From: Octopus vulgaris
Lineage: Eukaryota
DNA: 64,000 nt
Assembly: GCA_951406725.2 (NCBI GenBank)
Contig: OX597832.1
Span: 71,176,001 to 71,240,000 of the forward strand
Direction: 5' to 3'
Both the position numbers and the translations under genes were made by a program. The notes beneath the pieces were generated by a model. It saw nothing but the letters and a program-made list of their open reading frames with translations, had not been told where the DNA came from and did not search any database. Shown here piece after piece: positions 51,975 to 64,000 of the stretch (position 1 is its first letter; each line of letters begins with the position of its first letter).

Positions 51975-54900
51975 TCAAATATAAATAGTTTTGGAAAGTT
52001 TTTTCGGCCAGTGAACAGTTCTGCCTGACCTCGTAACATAAGGTCTGTTCGAGGCAGGCTGCGACGACGAAGGTGGTGTTGTCGATGTTGGTGTTGATAA
52101 TGGTGCATGTGTAAATAGTGGTGTTGTCAAAGGTGCATGTGAAGGTTCAACGATGGTTGTGGCAGTGGGGTCATTAAAAGATGTGGACACCTCAAAATAT
52201 GCCCTTTTAAGACGATCTACGGAGACGGTCTCCGAACGACCGTTAATTTCAAGTTTGAATACCTTCGGCGTGCGAGAAATCACACGAAAAGGTCCTTTAT
52301 AAGGAGAAACAAGAGGTCCTTTGACAGAATCATCACGAATAAAAACATGCGTCCAAGAATTAAGGTCTGATGGCACACTAGAAGGAGGATTTTGGTGTCG
52401 AGGGTCCATAGGTGGAAGGGCAGAAAAATATCTGCGTAATCGAGCAACATAAGACTCTAAATTAAGAGACTGTGACTTGTCTGGCACCAACATCGTACCA
52501 GGCAATGCTAGTGTGGTACCATACAAGAGCTCGGCAGACGAAAAACCAAGGTCTGCTTTAATCGCAGTCCGACATCCAAGCAGGACGATCGGTAGAAATT
52601 CAGTCCATGACTGTGGATTCGGCGAGGCACGCAAAGCGGCCTTAAGTTGCCTATGGAAACGCTCCACCATCCCATTAGAAGCGGGGTTGTAACTTGTGGT
52701 GCGTATATGATGCATCCCCAGGATTCGTGATAACTCACGAAACAATGCAGACTCGAATTGTCGACCACGATCTGTGGTTAAACTGTACGGTACACCATAC
52801 CTCGAAATCCAATTAGATACGAAAGCCCTCGCAACAGTTTCAGCTGACATGTCTGCTATAGGAATAGCTTCCGCCAGCGTGAAAAACGATCAATACAAGT
52901 TAAAATGTATGAGAACCCGCGACTCACAGGCCATGGTCCAACCAAATCAAGGTGGATATGGCGAAAACGGGCTTCAGGAGAGGAAAATTGTCCAAGTGGA
53001 GCACGAACGTGTCTATAGACTTTAGCACTCTGGCACCTCAAACAAGAGCGTGCCCAAGAGGTAATTGATCGTCGCATATTGGGCCAGAAGAACCGAGCAG
53101 TAACAAGCTTTACTGTGGCAGAGATACCTGGATGTGACAGTGAATGAAGAGCATCAAACACGGAACGTTGATGTTTCTCAGGTACTAATGGTCTAGGTGA
53201 ACCGGTAGAAACGTCACAAAGAATAGAGCCTTCCGCTGTAGGGAGCGGAAGGTAGTCAAACTTACAGTTAATAAACTTAGGCGAAGTTAAATCCAACTCC
53301 TTTAAAGGTGGTTGATCCTGCGAAATAGCAGTTAAATCAATTGCTGCAGGAGAGGAAATGGAATTGACAGGGAGTCTAGAGAGAGCATCTGCAGGGACGT
53401 TCTCACTGCCTGGCACATGCCTAATGTCACTTGTAAATTGAGAAATATAGTCCAGGTGACGGAAAGCACGAGGAGAGAGTTTATCCGTTTTAGAAGATAA
53501 AGCAAAAGTAAGGGGCTTGTGATCAGTATAAATCACAAACTCTCGTCCCTCGAGCTGGTGTTGAAAATGCCGAACTGACAGATAGATCGCTAGTAACTCT
53601 CGATCAAAGGTACTATATCTGCGTTCAGCTGGCTTTAGCTGACAAGAAAAGAAAGCTAAAGGTTTAACTTCACCCTCTACGGTGTGCTGCAAAACAGTGC
53701 CAATTGCAGACTCTGATGCGTCCACAGATAAAGTAAGTGGAGCATTAGGAGCAGGATGTGCCAAAATAGGGACTGAAGCTAGTTCCTTTTTAACCAACTC
53801 AAAGGCAGACAGTGCTTCAGCCGAAAGAGTAAGACGGGCGTCCTTCTTGGAATTGCCCTTTAGCATTTGTGTTAAAGGTAACAACTTGTCCGCACACCGA
53901 TCTATGAAACGTCTATAGAAATTTACTATGCCTAAAAAAATAGCGAAGTTGACGTAAAGAAGAAGGTGGTGCGATGCGCTGAATAGCATCGACTTTGGAT
54001 GAGAGTGGTTTGATTCCTCTCGAGTCAATATAATGACCGAGAAAATTAAGAGATGGTTGCCCAAAAACACACTTGTCTGGATTAATGCGAACACCATAGT
54101 CGCGAAGACGCTGAAAAAGCTGAGACAAGTGCAGGAGATGATTCTCATGCGTATCACTTGCGATTAGAATGTCATCGACATACGCGAACACAAAATCCAG
54201 TCCGCGAACAACTTCATCTATAAACCGTTGGAAAGTACTAGTGGCATTCCTCAAACCAAAACTCATAAATAAAAATTCGAAACAGCCAAAAGGAGTAGTA
54301 ATTGCTGTTTTAGGAATATCGTCTGAGTTGACCGGTATTTGATGGTAGGCACGTATCAGGTCAACCTTAGAAAAAATAGTACAGCCATGTAAATTTGCCG
54401 AAAAATCGTTTAAAATCCTTATGGGATATTTGTCCGGAATCGTCACCGAATTTAGACGCCGATAATCTCCCACCGGGCGAAAATCTGTATCCCCTTTTCT
54501 TACTAAATGAAGGGGAGATGCCCATGGACTGGTGGAGGGGCGTGTCAGACCGAGCTGGAGCATGTGCTCAAACTCAGCCCTAGCAGTTTTAAGTCGATCA
54601 GGTGCAAGACGCCTTGGACGTGAAAAAACAGGAGGTCCAGTTGTTGTTATAAAGTGTCGTGTCGAATGCAATGGCTTAGCCACCCTAAAGGTAACATCAT
54701 ATAGCTCTGGAAAAGAAGCTAAAAGAGAGTGAAAAACATCTCCAGATGTACCGACAAAAAATGTCGGGCTAAGAGCTAAATTGGTAGATTCTCCGGTCGG
54801 CGTGGAGAGTGTAGTCGAACTATCGACCAACCTCCGACGTCTGACATCTACCAACAAATCAAATTTATCCAGAAAATCCGCACCTAAAATAGGATGCGGA

Positions 54901-55184
54901 ATGTCGGCAATGACAAAAACCCATCGAAAGTCTCGTCGAAGACCAATATCAAGGCGCAACGACATCTGACCGAATGTGGCTATTGGTGACGAGTCAATAG
55001 CGTGCAAGATGACGTTAGATCGCTTTGGCCTGTCGGTTGTGCAACGCAGAGGCCAAATACTGCAACAAGAACCAGTGTCTACCATGAAGTTTTTCTTCGA
55101 CACTAGATCTTTAACAAAGAATGCACGATAACCAGAAAATGTTGTGGAGGAAGTTGACGTGCTCAAATTCTCCGAATCTAGTTT
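51975..55184 (-). CDS. pol: Pol (protease-RT-RNase H-integrase), -1 frame relative to gag, two single-base breaks
   Basis: VDTGS; WASPLH, GDYRRLN, FGLRNA, YVDDIL; VDAS, DRELLA, YTDHKPL, ADALSR; [38 protein letters not shown]. Breaks at the A7 run 53934-53940 and at ~52873. Confidence 0.92.
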
Positions 55185-55906
55185 AAAGACTTATAAGTGC
55201 ATGGCTGTGTGCACCTATGTGCATTATCTCCATACTTGGAGTGGTACCAACACAGTCCAGACTTAGACTGTTTTGATCTCGAGGATGAACGACTGCGACT
55301 TCGCGATTTTGAAGATCGCTTACCATCGCGACACATCGCGTCCATCCTTTTAGTGAGGGTTTCTATTAGTTTAGAAAGCCCCTCAATTGAGGCCGAAGAG
55401 GTCTGTGAACAGGCACAAGCAGACCGTGACGATGGTTGAACGGCAAATTCAACCATCTTATCAGCCATCGTTGCTATTTGGTCCACTGTATTTGTCTCTA
55501 AGCCGGTTGCCAAAACGGTCTGTATATAGGCGGGCAACCTCGAAAAAAAAATCTTCCGAAGGAGGGGGGCATCTGATGCATTACCACTTAACTCCCTCAG
55601 TCTTCGTAAAAATTCTGACGGAGTTCTGTCCCCTAGTTGCTCATCTGCCATTAACTCGTTGAAACGACTTTCCTCGCTTCGTGTATTTCTTTTTTCAACC
55701 TCTAATTTAACGGACGCATAAGTAGCGCCTGGACTAGGGTCTGTAATAAGGTCCCTTGCTGAAGATGCCAGTTGCGGCGGCATGCAACCATAAAGGATTT
55801 GCAACTGCTGCTCGGGAGTAATACTTTGTGCACGAAATTGTGCCTCTAACTGTGAAAACCACAGTGTGGCATCACCTGTAAAAGTAGGTAACGAACCCAT
55901 AAACAT
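55178..55906 (-). CDS. gag: Gag (CsRn1-type)
   Basis: Intact 242-aa ORF: LWFSQLEAQF, LGDRTPSEFLRRL, C-X2-H-X9-C-X3-C (CWYHSKYGDNAHRCTQPC). Confidence 0.93.
   Translation of the reverse strand: MFMGSLPTFTGDATLWFSQLEAQFRAQSITPEQQLQILYGCMPPQLASSARDLITDPSPGATYASVKLEVEKRNTRSEESRFNELMADEQLGDRTPSEFLRRLRELSGNASDAPLLRKIFFSRLPAYIQTVLATGLETNTVDQIATMADKMVEFAVQPSSRSACACSQTSSASIEGLSKLIETLTKRMDAMCRDGKRSSKSRSRSRSSSRSKQSKSGLCWYHSKYGDNAHRCTQPCTYKSLN
55181..55187 (-). promoter_or_regulatory. -1 ribosomal frameshift heptamer T TTA AAC at the gag/pol junction
   Basis: TCT TTA AAC TAG ends gag; the -1 frame (TTT AAA CTA GAT TCG GAG AAT TTG) is open into pol. Confidence 0.85.
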
Positions 55907-57607
55907 TTTGTAGCCTTTTATTCACTAGATGACTCTGTCAAATGGAAAAAAGAAAACTGACAACGAACCAACGCTGAACAGACGCAACAAGGAAAAAAGA
56001 AAGGAAGAAAGAAAGAAAGACCAACAATTGAACCAATAAATTTTGAATGTGCAATTTACAAAAAAAAAATTTTTTTTTTGTTTTTTTTTTTTGTTTGTAC
56101 TGTGTGCACAGAGAATAGAAAAAAATCTTTTCTTTTTTTTTTGTTTTTACCAACCTTCGTCGCGTTTTAATCGAGAAAAAAAAATTTCTTCTCTTTTTTT
56201 TTTCCGTGCGTGAGTGCAGATGAAGAAACAAACTGTTGAAAGGGACTGGAAAACAGGTTGGTCGTGTTTCAGACTTGGCAAAAAAACTGGATTTTTTTTC
56301 TTTTTTGTTGAGTGTTCTCTGGAACTTCGGGGTCACCACTGTAAGGAATATGTGAATATCTCCTCTTGCACTTTTGGGGTGCAAGTTGGTGCAATCACTT
56401 TCCGTTACTTTTATATCCAGACTCTACCAGTCAAAGAAACACAAAACGCAGACGTAAAAAATAGATATACTTTATTGTTTTATACCGGTGAGAAATCAGT
56501 GGTATATCTGATGTCCTTGGTTCTGGGCGCGCAAGGCTGAAAGTTAATCGATTGTAATATTTACAATGTTCAGCCGCCAAAAACAGAACGGGTCAAAAAT
56601 GGCGTCCGGGTGAAGAAGATGATTTGACTGCAACAATTCAGGTTAAAAGTCTTCGGCCAAAAGACTGCTGCTATCAACCGGAGAGAGAGCGAATTAAACG
56701 TCTACTTCTATGAAATGCCTGCCGCTGTCTGTCGGACGCTAATGGTCAACGCTTTACGCTCCCTTGCCTCTTTGTTAAGGCTCACGCTCCCTTGCCTCTT
56801 TGTTAAGGCTCGCGCTCCCTTGCTAAGGCCACGTCAGCAAGGCCACGTCAGCTAAGGCCACGTCAGCAAAATTCCCTCTTTCGGACTTCGTGTATTCGCG
56901 AGAGGGCGTTGCGCGCGCGCGCTGTTGTATAGGATCACTACACAGCCTATGAATATAGTCAAAATGAAAGCCAAATTTGGTGAACCCAACATGATCAATT
57001 GTAACATGTTGGAAGGCTTCTTTATGCTTTAGAACATAATTTCTTGTTACATAAACAGAGGCGTTCATGCAATACAAGCAAAGAATCATTCGGATGAAAC
57101 AATGTATACGACGTGCAATATGTCTTTGTTAGAAATTCATCATTTGGGCTAATTTTTACACATCGAATACATATTCACGGTGCCGCGGTGAGCCTTCTTC
57201 AACGATCGTTCTAAGTTGGATATGTTACTGTGAAATCAGCTCCGAGAAGAGTGAACGCCAACGGGAAATCAAATTATTCATTTGGGCTGTATTTAGGCTG
57301 TGTTCATGGAAAGTCTAGACAAGCCACCGAACTATTACATGAATAACAGCCGTTGGTTGGATAACAATTGTATTTGCGCCCATGATCGAAATGTGATTTC
57401 TATGTGGTAAAACGTGGGATCGAATCCAATTGCTACAAATATACCATTCTTCGCCGTTGTTCTTATCTAAATTCCAGTGATAGGGTTTTCTTTCTTAGCT
57501 AGAAACTAAAACCTATTTATAAAATGAGATAACGATGCTGCTATACTAGAACACGAAAGGGAGACTGTGATCAACGACACTATTGTCCACCAATAAAGGA
57601 TATAGAC

Positions 57608-57704
<97 letters not shown>

Positions 57705-60376
57705 TGTAAGGAACTTAGTGTGAATCTCTTCTCATGTACTTTCGGGGTACAAGAGGCAATCACTAGCCGTTGCTTTAATAATCCAGAATTCTACCAGTCA
57801 GAAACAACAAGACGCAGACGTAAAAGATATATATACTACTTTATTCTCTAATGTGGTAACAGTAACAATAAGTGGTTATCTGGTATCCCTTTGGTATAAA
57901 TGTGTCAGTGCTGAACCTTATCGCTGTAAAATAAGAAAGTGTTCAAATGCAAAACGACACTGGTCAAAGATGGCGTCCGGAACAGGGAGAAGATGTGGTC
58001 TGCAACAATTTGGTTAAAGGCCTTTTGGTAAGGTGCTGCTAGAATCAAGTTCGGACGGAGAAAAAATATACGTGACCGTCGCCTTCAGTCGCTGCTGTCT
58101 CAAGTCCATGCTGACTGCTGCTAGTGGTCAAACGTCCTACGATCCCCTTGCCTCGGCTAACTGCCACGTAAGCAAAAGGGTCCTACTTCCGGTGGTTCGC
58201 GCATGCGCGAGAGGACCCTTCCTCTCTCTGCCTTGGTGAAGGCACCAACACCGCACGCGCGAAATAGAAACACTACAGAGCTCCCCTGCAGTGCGTAGCA
58301 CGACACAAAATTCCCTGTAGTGACTTTAAACTCAAGGTGGACACCAGACAACCAAATAGCACACAATATAATAAAATGGCAAAATTTTATAACATACACA
58401 ATAAATTTACCAAAAGGAAAAAATACTCAAAATGAGCAAAATCAAAAGTGCATGCATGAAGGTGGATACGTCACAAAGTATAGAGCCTTCCGCTGAAAGG
58501 AGCGGAGGGAAGCAAAACTCACAGTTAATGAACCTAGGCGAAAATAAAATCCAACTTCTCTAAAGGTGGTTGGTCCTGCGAAATAGCAGTTAAATCAATT
58601 GCTGCAGGAGAGGAAATGGAATCGACAGATAGATCGCTAGTAACACAAAAGGCAAAAGTGCAAGCATGCTGGTGTGATGCGCGACACAGATAATTTTCTC
58701 TGTTAATTACGTGACCAAACAGGGGTCTAACAGGGAAAAATAATTACGCCTAAACATGGGCGCAGCGCATGTGAACTTCCGACGTTCTATGAGTCGGGAA
58801 AAGAATTAAGCTAACGCAAACGTGTTGCAAAAACTAGGCAATACACGTGCGAAGCAAAGGCGCATGAAATGCAATAGGGCTTGCCAGACCGAAAAACAGC
58901 AATGAATATGCCAGTGGTTAAGCGACTATATGCCTCGTTCGTACAGGAACAAAAGTATGACATGCTGGCGCGTTATAATGAACAAACAACCCTCTCCATG
59001 TATACGTGACCCCTAGGGTCTTACAGAAATGAGGTGTGTCCACAAAAGGCAAATCTAGCATGGAAAAAAACAAGCGAGAAAAGCATGTGTGACGTATGTA
59101 TGTGAGAGATAGCATTTATGTGTGTGTACGTGTGTGCGACAAAAATACATACAAGCAAAATAAAAAATACAGCGCATAGAAAAAATGTCTCTCAGGGCTA
59201 TCTCAGACAATGGAGTTAGTTTACCAGTCTGCAATAGCCTGATGCACAATAGCAGTTCGTTCTGTAACAGAATGTTGAAATCACAAAATGCAGATGCCGG
59301 TTGAACACAATGTGTAGCGGTTGTAGCTTCGATGCTGTGACATGTTAAATCGTTACAGAAGAATCTCGCAGATAGACGGTGCTGTTAATCCTTGGTGTGC
59401 ATATGCACAAACAGCGTGCACGCTAAAGTTCCGCGAGTTGATATGTACATCTTGTGGAGGTCGACGGTGTTGAAAGGCGACGGTGGTGGTGGAAGGCGAC
59501 TGTAGTGGACTTGAGACAACATCGTTCTTAGTGGTGATGGCGACGAAGATAACGACGACGTGAAGTAGAAAGACGACGATGATGATGACGAAGGCAGAGA
59601 AAAAGCATCGATGATATGATGGCGTCCGTCATCATGTTGAAGAATAAGAAAAGGCTCCTTCTATAACTGTTGAGGTGGCCGGAAACAAATCGTCGAAAGA
59701 TGAATGCGTAGAGTTTGATCGTGTTCCGACCCAGCAGAAAACTGGATTTTTTTTGTTGTTCAGTGATCTCTGGTTTTAGACCAGAATCACGTCGGGGTCA
59801 CCAGTGTAAGGAACTTAGTGTGAATCTCTTCTCTTGTACTTTCGGGGTACAAGAGGCAATCACTAGCCGTTGCTTTAATAATCCAGAATTCTACCAGTCA
59901 GAAACAACAAGACGCAGACGTAAAAGATATATATACTACTTTATTCTCTAATGTGGTAACAGTAACAATAAGTGGTTATCTGGTATCCCTTTGGTATAAA
60001 TGTGTCAGTGCTGAACCTTATCGCTGTAAAATAAGAAAGTGTTCAAATGCAAAACGACACTGGTCAAAGATGGCGTCCGGAACAGGGAGAAGATGTGGTC
60101 TGCAACAATTTGGTTAAAGGCCTTTTGGTAAGGTGCTGCTAGAATCAAGTTCGGACGGAGAAAAAATATACGTGACCGTCGCCTTCAGTCGCTGCTGTCT
60201 CAAGTCCATGCTGACTGCTGCTAGTGGTCAAACGTCCTACGATCCCCTTGTCTCGGCTAACTGCCACGTAAGCAAAAGGGTCCTACTTCCGGTGGTTCGC
60301 GCATGCGCGAGAGGACCCTTCCTCTCTCTGCCTTGGTGAAGGCACCAACACCGCACGCGCGAAATAGAAACACTAC

Positions 60377-60377
<1 letters not shown>
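57705..60377 (-). mobile_element. Non-autonomous LTR retroelement (2673 bp) related to the CsRn1 element, inserted in (GATA)n
   Basis: 573-bp LTRs at 57705-58277 and 59805-60377 (2 differences seen); GATA flanks; 20-nt tRNA-Trp PBS at 59784-59803; PPT at ~58278-58288; no gag/pol ORF. Confidence 0.95.
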
Positions 60378-60458
<81 letters not shown>

Positions 60459-61131
60459 GTGTGAGTGCAGAACTCTGTAGAATTCTTAACAGAAAGTTTA
60501 TTTCTGCATGTATTCTATATATTATTCCTTTCAGAGTCTCCACTTTTTCCTTCGTCGCTCCAGAGTCGATAAAATAGGAACTTACCAACTGTACATCACT
60601 ACAAAATAGATATCTGTGACTCGCGCCAATGTTAGCTATACCTTTATTTACTTTGACTATTTCACTTAGAATATGAAATAGTATTTTCTTCATAAAAGAA
60701 AATCAATATTCAAAAAAATTGTTTTCCCATATTTTTCTCCAATAATTTCCAACTTTTCCCGTATGGGTTTATCGTCTACTTTTCTCCAAAAAAAAATTAA
60801 CACCTTAACGTATATAAACTAGCGCTATATCACACTCTTTTCTCCATTTACCTATGTGTCTGTCCATCTGTCAACTTACCCATCAATCTATCCATATGTA
60901 TATCTCGACTCTCCGTTTGTGTATTTGTGCTTCCACTTCTGCCTTCCTCCTCCTCTCTCTCATTCTCTCTATACAGCTATCTGATCTATGGTCTCGTATC
61001 CCACCCAGTAAGTGGTGGATATATCTATCATTTTGAGCGGTACTAGCCAAACTAGCCACAAGCTTTCAATTTGTAGAAACAAATACATGAGTTTTTTTTT
61101 TTTAAAAACCGCAAACTGTAAAGAAGAATAT

Positions 61132-62143
61132 TGTTCCGTACCACCTGCCGTCGCTCAAACTCTTCGGAAACCCGGGACCCTACCAAGTCGAGCGACGACG
61201 ATTGCACCGGCTCAGTCGAACGGGGAATTCGCCACGGAAAGAGAAAATTCGGTGGGGGAATGACAGCGAACTCGACAACCGGCGACCGGAGAGAACAACA
61301 ACAACAACAACAACAGGAAGAAATACAGAGAGACGGCGGAAGGCAATTGGCTTACATTTAAAAACAGTTTATAACAATCATTACAATATCAAATACAATG
61401 TAAAATACATCAGATACATCAAAGAAAATACAAGCAACAGAATCAACAGCATGCATATACAATACAGTCCGGAGACAACAGTTCAAATCAGTTCAATCAA
61501 ATAATATTCACGATACAGTTCAGAGACAAATCAGAACAGTTCATTCAATACATTAAAGTCTTTCGCTTTCTTTTTCTTTTCAACAACTCTTTTCTTGTCT
61601 TCCTCTTTTCCTTAATTCACAGTTCTTTCTCCTTTTTTTTTAACACATCAATTCTTTTAGTTCTACAATTCTCAACAACACAGTTCTTTTCAATGTTCAT
61701 TACAGTCTCATTTCTTTTACATTTCACATCAAAACATAAATAACAACACATACCGTTACAACTCCTACTACAATGGCCATGCCTTCTATCCGCCGTAATC
61801 CCTCTTTCGCTCTCAATCCTCTGTGTATGTCTTTCTCAACGATGTAGTTGCCTTCGCCATCGCCACCTTCTTGGCTGATCGTCCATATCACTTCTGTCTC
61901 TGGCCAAACTACCTGTTGCCAACTCGCTCTGTTCCCGACTGTCGATTGACTCCAAAATCCCAGCGCGTTGCATTTTAAAGGGGTAGTTTCTCAAACTTTC
62001 CTTGACCGGAACAGGGCCAAAGGTCTCCTCCGAATACATAAATTTCCCCAGAAACCGACAGGACAAAAGGTCTACCCGTCTCCCCGACGCCAAATCACAA
62101 AAGTGGGTCATAGCACTCGGTTTCCGAACTGACCTCCATATCA
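61132..62143. mobile_element. Probable ~1-kb solo LTR of an unrelated family
   Basis: TG...CA ends with ATAT on both sides, CpG-rich ends and no ORF; no second copy in the window. Confidence 0.5.
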
Positions 62144-62504
62144 ATATTTAAACAAACAATTCACATATTTGGGTTTAATAAAACTACATAAAAAATACAA
62201 TCTCACAAATGAATACATTTTAAAGATGGTCTTTCGAACTATAACACACAAGGAAAATGACAGCAGTAGATGGCTTGTCTTGCAAACCAGAAAATAGCGT
62301 TGGACATGAGGCAGCTCCGGCAGAGGAATGTTACAAAGGTGAGTACTTTTTTGCACGATGATTTCATCGAAGAGTAAAGAAATAAATGCCTGCCTCTTGA
62401 AAAAAAGGAGTATTCCGTGCATCACCAAATCAGTTGTTAGAAGAAACGAAGCCTAATGTGTTTGGGCGTGTGGTTTCCGGCGCGATCAGAGTTTGGCGTA
62501 TTGA

Positions 62505-62576
<72 letters not shown>

Positions 62577-62797
62577 TGTGTCTGTGTCTGTGTCTGTGTG
62601 TTCGTGTTTGTGTGTGTGTTTTAAGACAAATATTGGAATTTTTGGTACAATTGTTTCAAAACAAGGGAAATGGATTTTATGAACATACAAATTAATGTTC
62701 AGTAAATGTATGAATATAAAGAATTCATAGAATAATACAAATGCATACATTATTAGTACCCATGTGTACTTCATAAGACGAAGTCTAAAAAATTATA

Positions 62798-62887
62798 CAC
62801 TTAGCACTTGGAATATCGCTTAACATATGGTTCGTAAAATTCACTTAGCACTTGGAATATCGCTTAACATATGGTTCGTAAAATTCA
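62798..62887. repeat. Perfect 44-bp tandem duplication
   Basis: cacttagcacttggaatatcgcttaacatatggttcgtaaaatt x2. Confidence 0.95.
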
Positions 62888-63025
62888 TACATGTATGTAT
62901 GTATGTATGTATGTATGTATGTATGTATGTATGTATGTATGTATAGATGGATGGATGGATGGATGGATGGATGGATATACATACATACACACATACATAC
63001 ATACATACATACATAAATACATACA

Positions 63026-63537
63026 TGGTGGCTGCCCCCTCGTTAATCAATGTTGTTATCGTGCAATGCCTGTGCAAGAAGATATTTTTTGAAAGTGAGG
63101 AAAGGCTGTGCACTGAGTCAATCCCACTCTCTAAGCAACATCAGCCATAATCCGAAAAGAAGAACAAGTCAACATCATCGGTAACCACTGAGCCGCAGGT
63201 TTTATGTCGGAGTTATCCCAGTTACCTGAGTTGCCTTCTCCTAGAAGGATGCCCTGACAAAGGCTAGGAGTCCTTCACTCCCAATGGTTTAACCACGCGA
63301 TCGGATATTCAATCCGATTATTTCTATGTCTCCGCGCATGATACAGCCTAAAGACATTTATTGGATGGCCGTTGACTCTCAAGAGTTCCTCCGCCCTTTG
63401 ATGGGTTTTGTTTTTCATCCCGCAGGGTGACCAATAAACACCCTCCTCACCAAGCGAGCTTGGTGGGGTTGCCGGTTTAGTCGCCGATGACTCGACCATG
63501 CAACAGGTAGTACTGGGTTACATGTTACCAGTAGCAC
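63026..63537 (-). mobile_element. ~510-bp non-autonomous retroposon sharing its 5' ~445 bp with the RTE-BovB-like LINE
   Basis: 63092-63537 is near-identical to 47901-48345; short unique 3' tail ending gagggggcagccacca; (TACA)n on both sides. Confidence 0.85.
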
Positions 63538-63542
63538 ATACA

Positions 63543-63578
<36 letters not shown>

Positions 63579-64000
63579 TATGCACATATATTTTTCTTGC
63601 AGAATTTTCGTTGTTTCTTGCAACCTTCTCAATAGTTGTCGACTCTGTCCATTATCGGAGCTGCGTTCCTTTTGTTTGTGTACACAACACGAAAATCTAC
63701 ATACTGATAGCAGACTTAGGGTAATGAATACCGTGTCCCCCTCATGCGAACCCTATGAAACAAGGAAACATGTACACAACTTCTCTGGATGCAATTCTCT
63801 GGATATGACCAGAAAGATAGGATTTGTGTATACATGGGAGGTAGAAGCACTAGCGTAGCTGGGAGGGGTCGGTAGGAGCGGGCCGCCCTGGGCGGTACTT
63901 TTAAAGGGGCGGCTCTTTGGGTCTGTTTTAGGCAATGTGTTATGGCGTCCGGGTGTGGAAAACAGAAGGGCCGCCTCGGGCTGCACACACTCTAGCTATG

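Larger units (their letters stand above)
51158..56942 (-). mobile_element. Full-length young Ty3/Gypsy LTR retrotransposon, CsRn1 clade
   Basis: 603-bp LTRs at 51158-51760 and 56340-56942, identical by eye; 4-bp TSD CAGC; PBS TGGTGACCCCGA (tRNA-Trp) at 56327-56338; PPT GGAGGGGAG at ~51764-51772; Gag CHCC motif. Confidence 0.97.
51022..57437. mobile_element. MITE with long imperfect TIRs (TGT..ACA, Ginger-like), split by the CsRn1 element
   Basis: 51022-51157 plus 56943-56968 mirror ~57278-57437 (tgtagcaattggattc / gaatccaattgctaca); flanks AACA and AATA. Confidence 0.75.

Noticed and set aside
53931-53945. Second programmed frameshift inside pol
   Set aside because: It falls in a conserved motif after the RT core, at a homopolymer; mutation or sequencing error is more likely.
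58645-59750. Hidden accessory ORF in the non-autonomous LTR element
   Set aside because: Only ORFs of about 65 aa or less, with no recognisable motif.
63734-64000. GC-rich stretch that may begin another LTR
   Set aside because: Cut by the window edge; no second terminus or TSD to verify.

Overview
AT-rich, microsatellite-dense eukaryotic DNA. The SINE and LINE families look cephalopod (Octopus-like); this is inferred from repeat family recognition. The only host coding sequence I recognise is the first coding exon of ANKRD39 (minus strand, 25632-25934). Sequence to its left is probably a transposon-filled intron. The rest is nested mobile DNA. (i) A very young, full-length CsRn1-clade Ty3/Gypsy element (51158-56942) with apparently identical 603-bp LTRs, a tRNA-Trp PBS, a CHCC Gag and a -1 slippery site. 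It is accompanied by a 2.7-kb non-coding relative with its own LTRs (57705-60377), a solo LTR (29422-29977) and a deleted remnant inside a Merlin-like MITE. (ii) An older Gypsy element with a tRNA-Leu PBS (29146-34460) inserted in a SINE. (iii) A near full-length Tx1/L1-type LINE and several RTE LINEs. (iv) Helitrons, including a family that has captured a LINE ORF1 fragment and a rearranged Rep/helicase piece. (v) Penelope-type minimal hammerhead motifs and several fold-back structures. Most short ORFs in the track are microsatellite or antisense artefacts.
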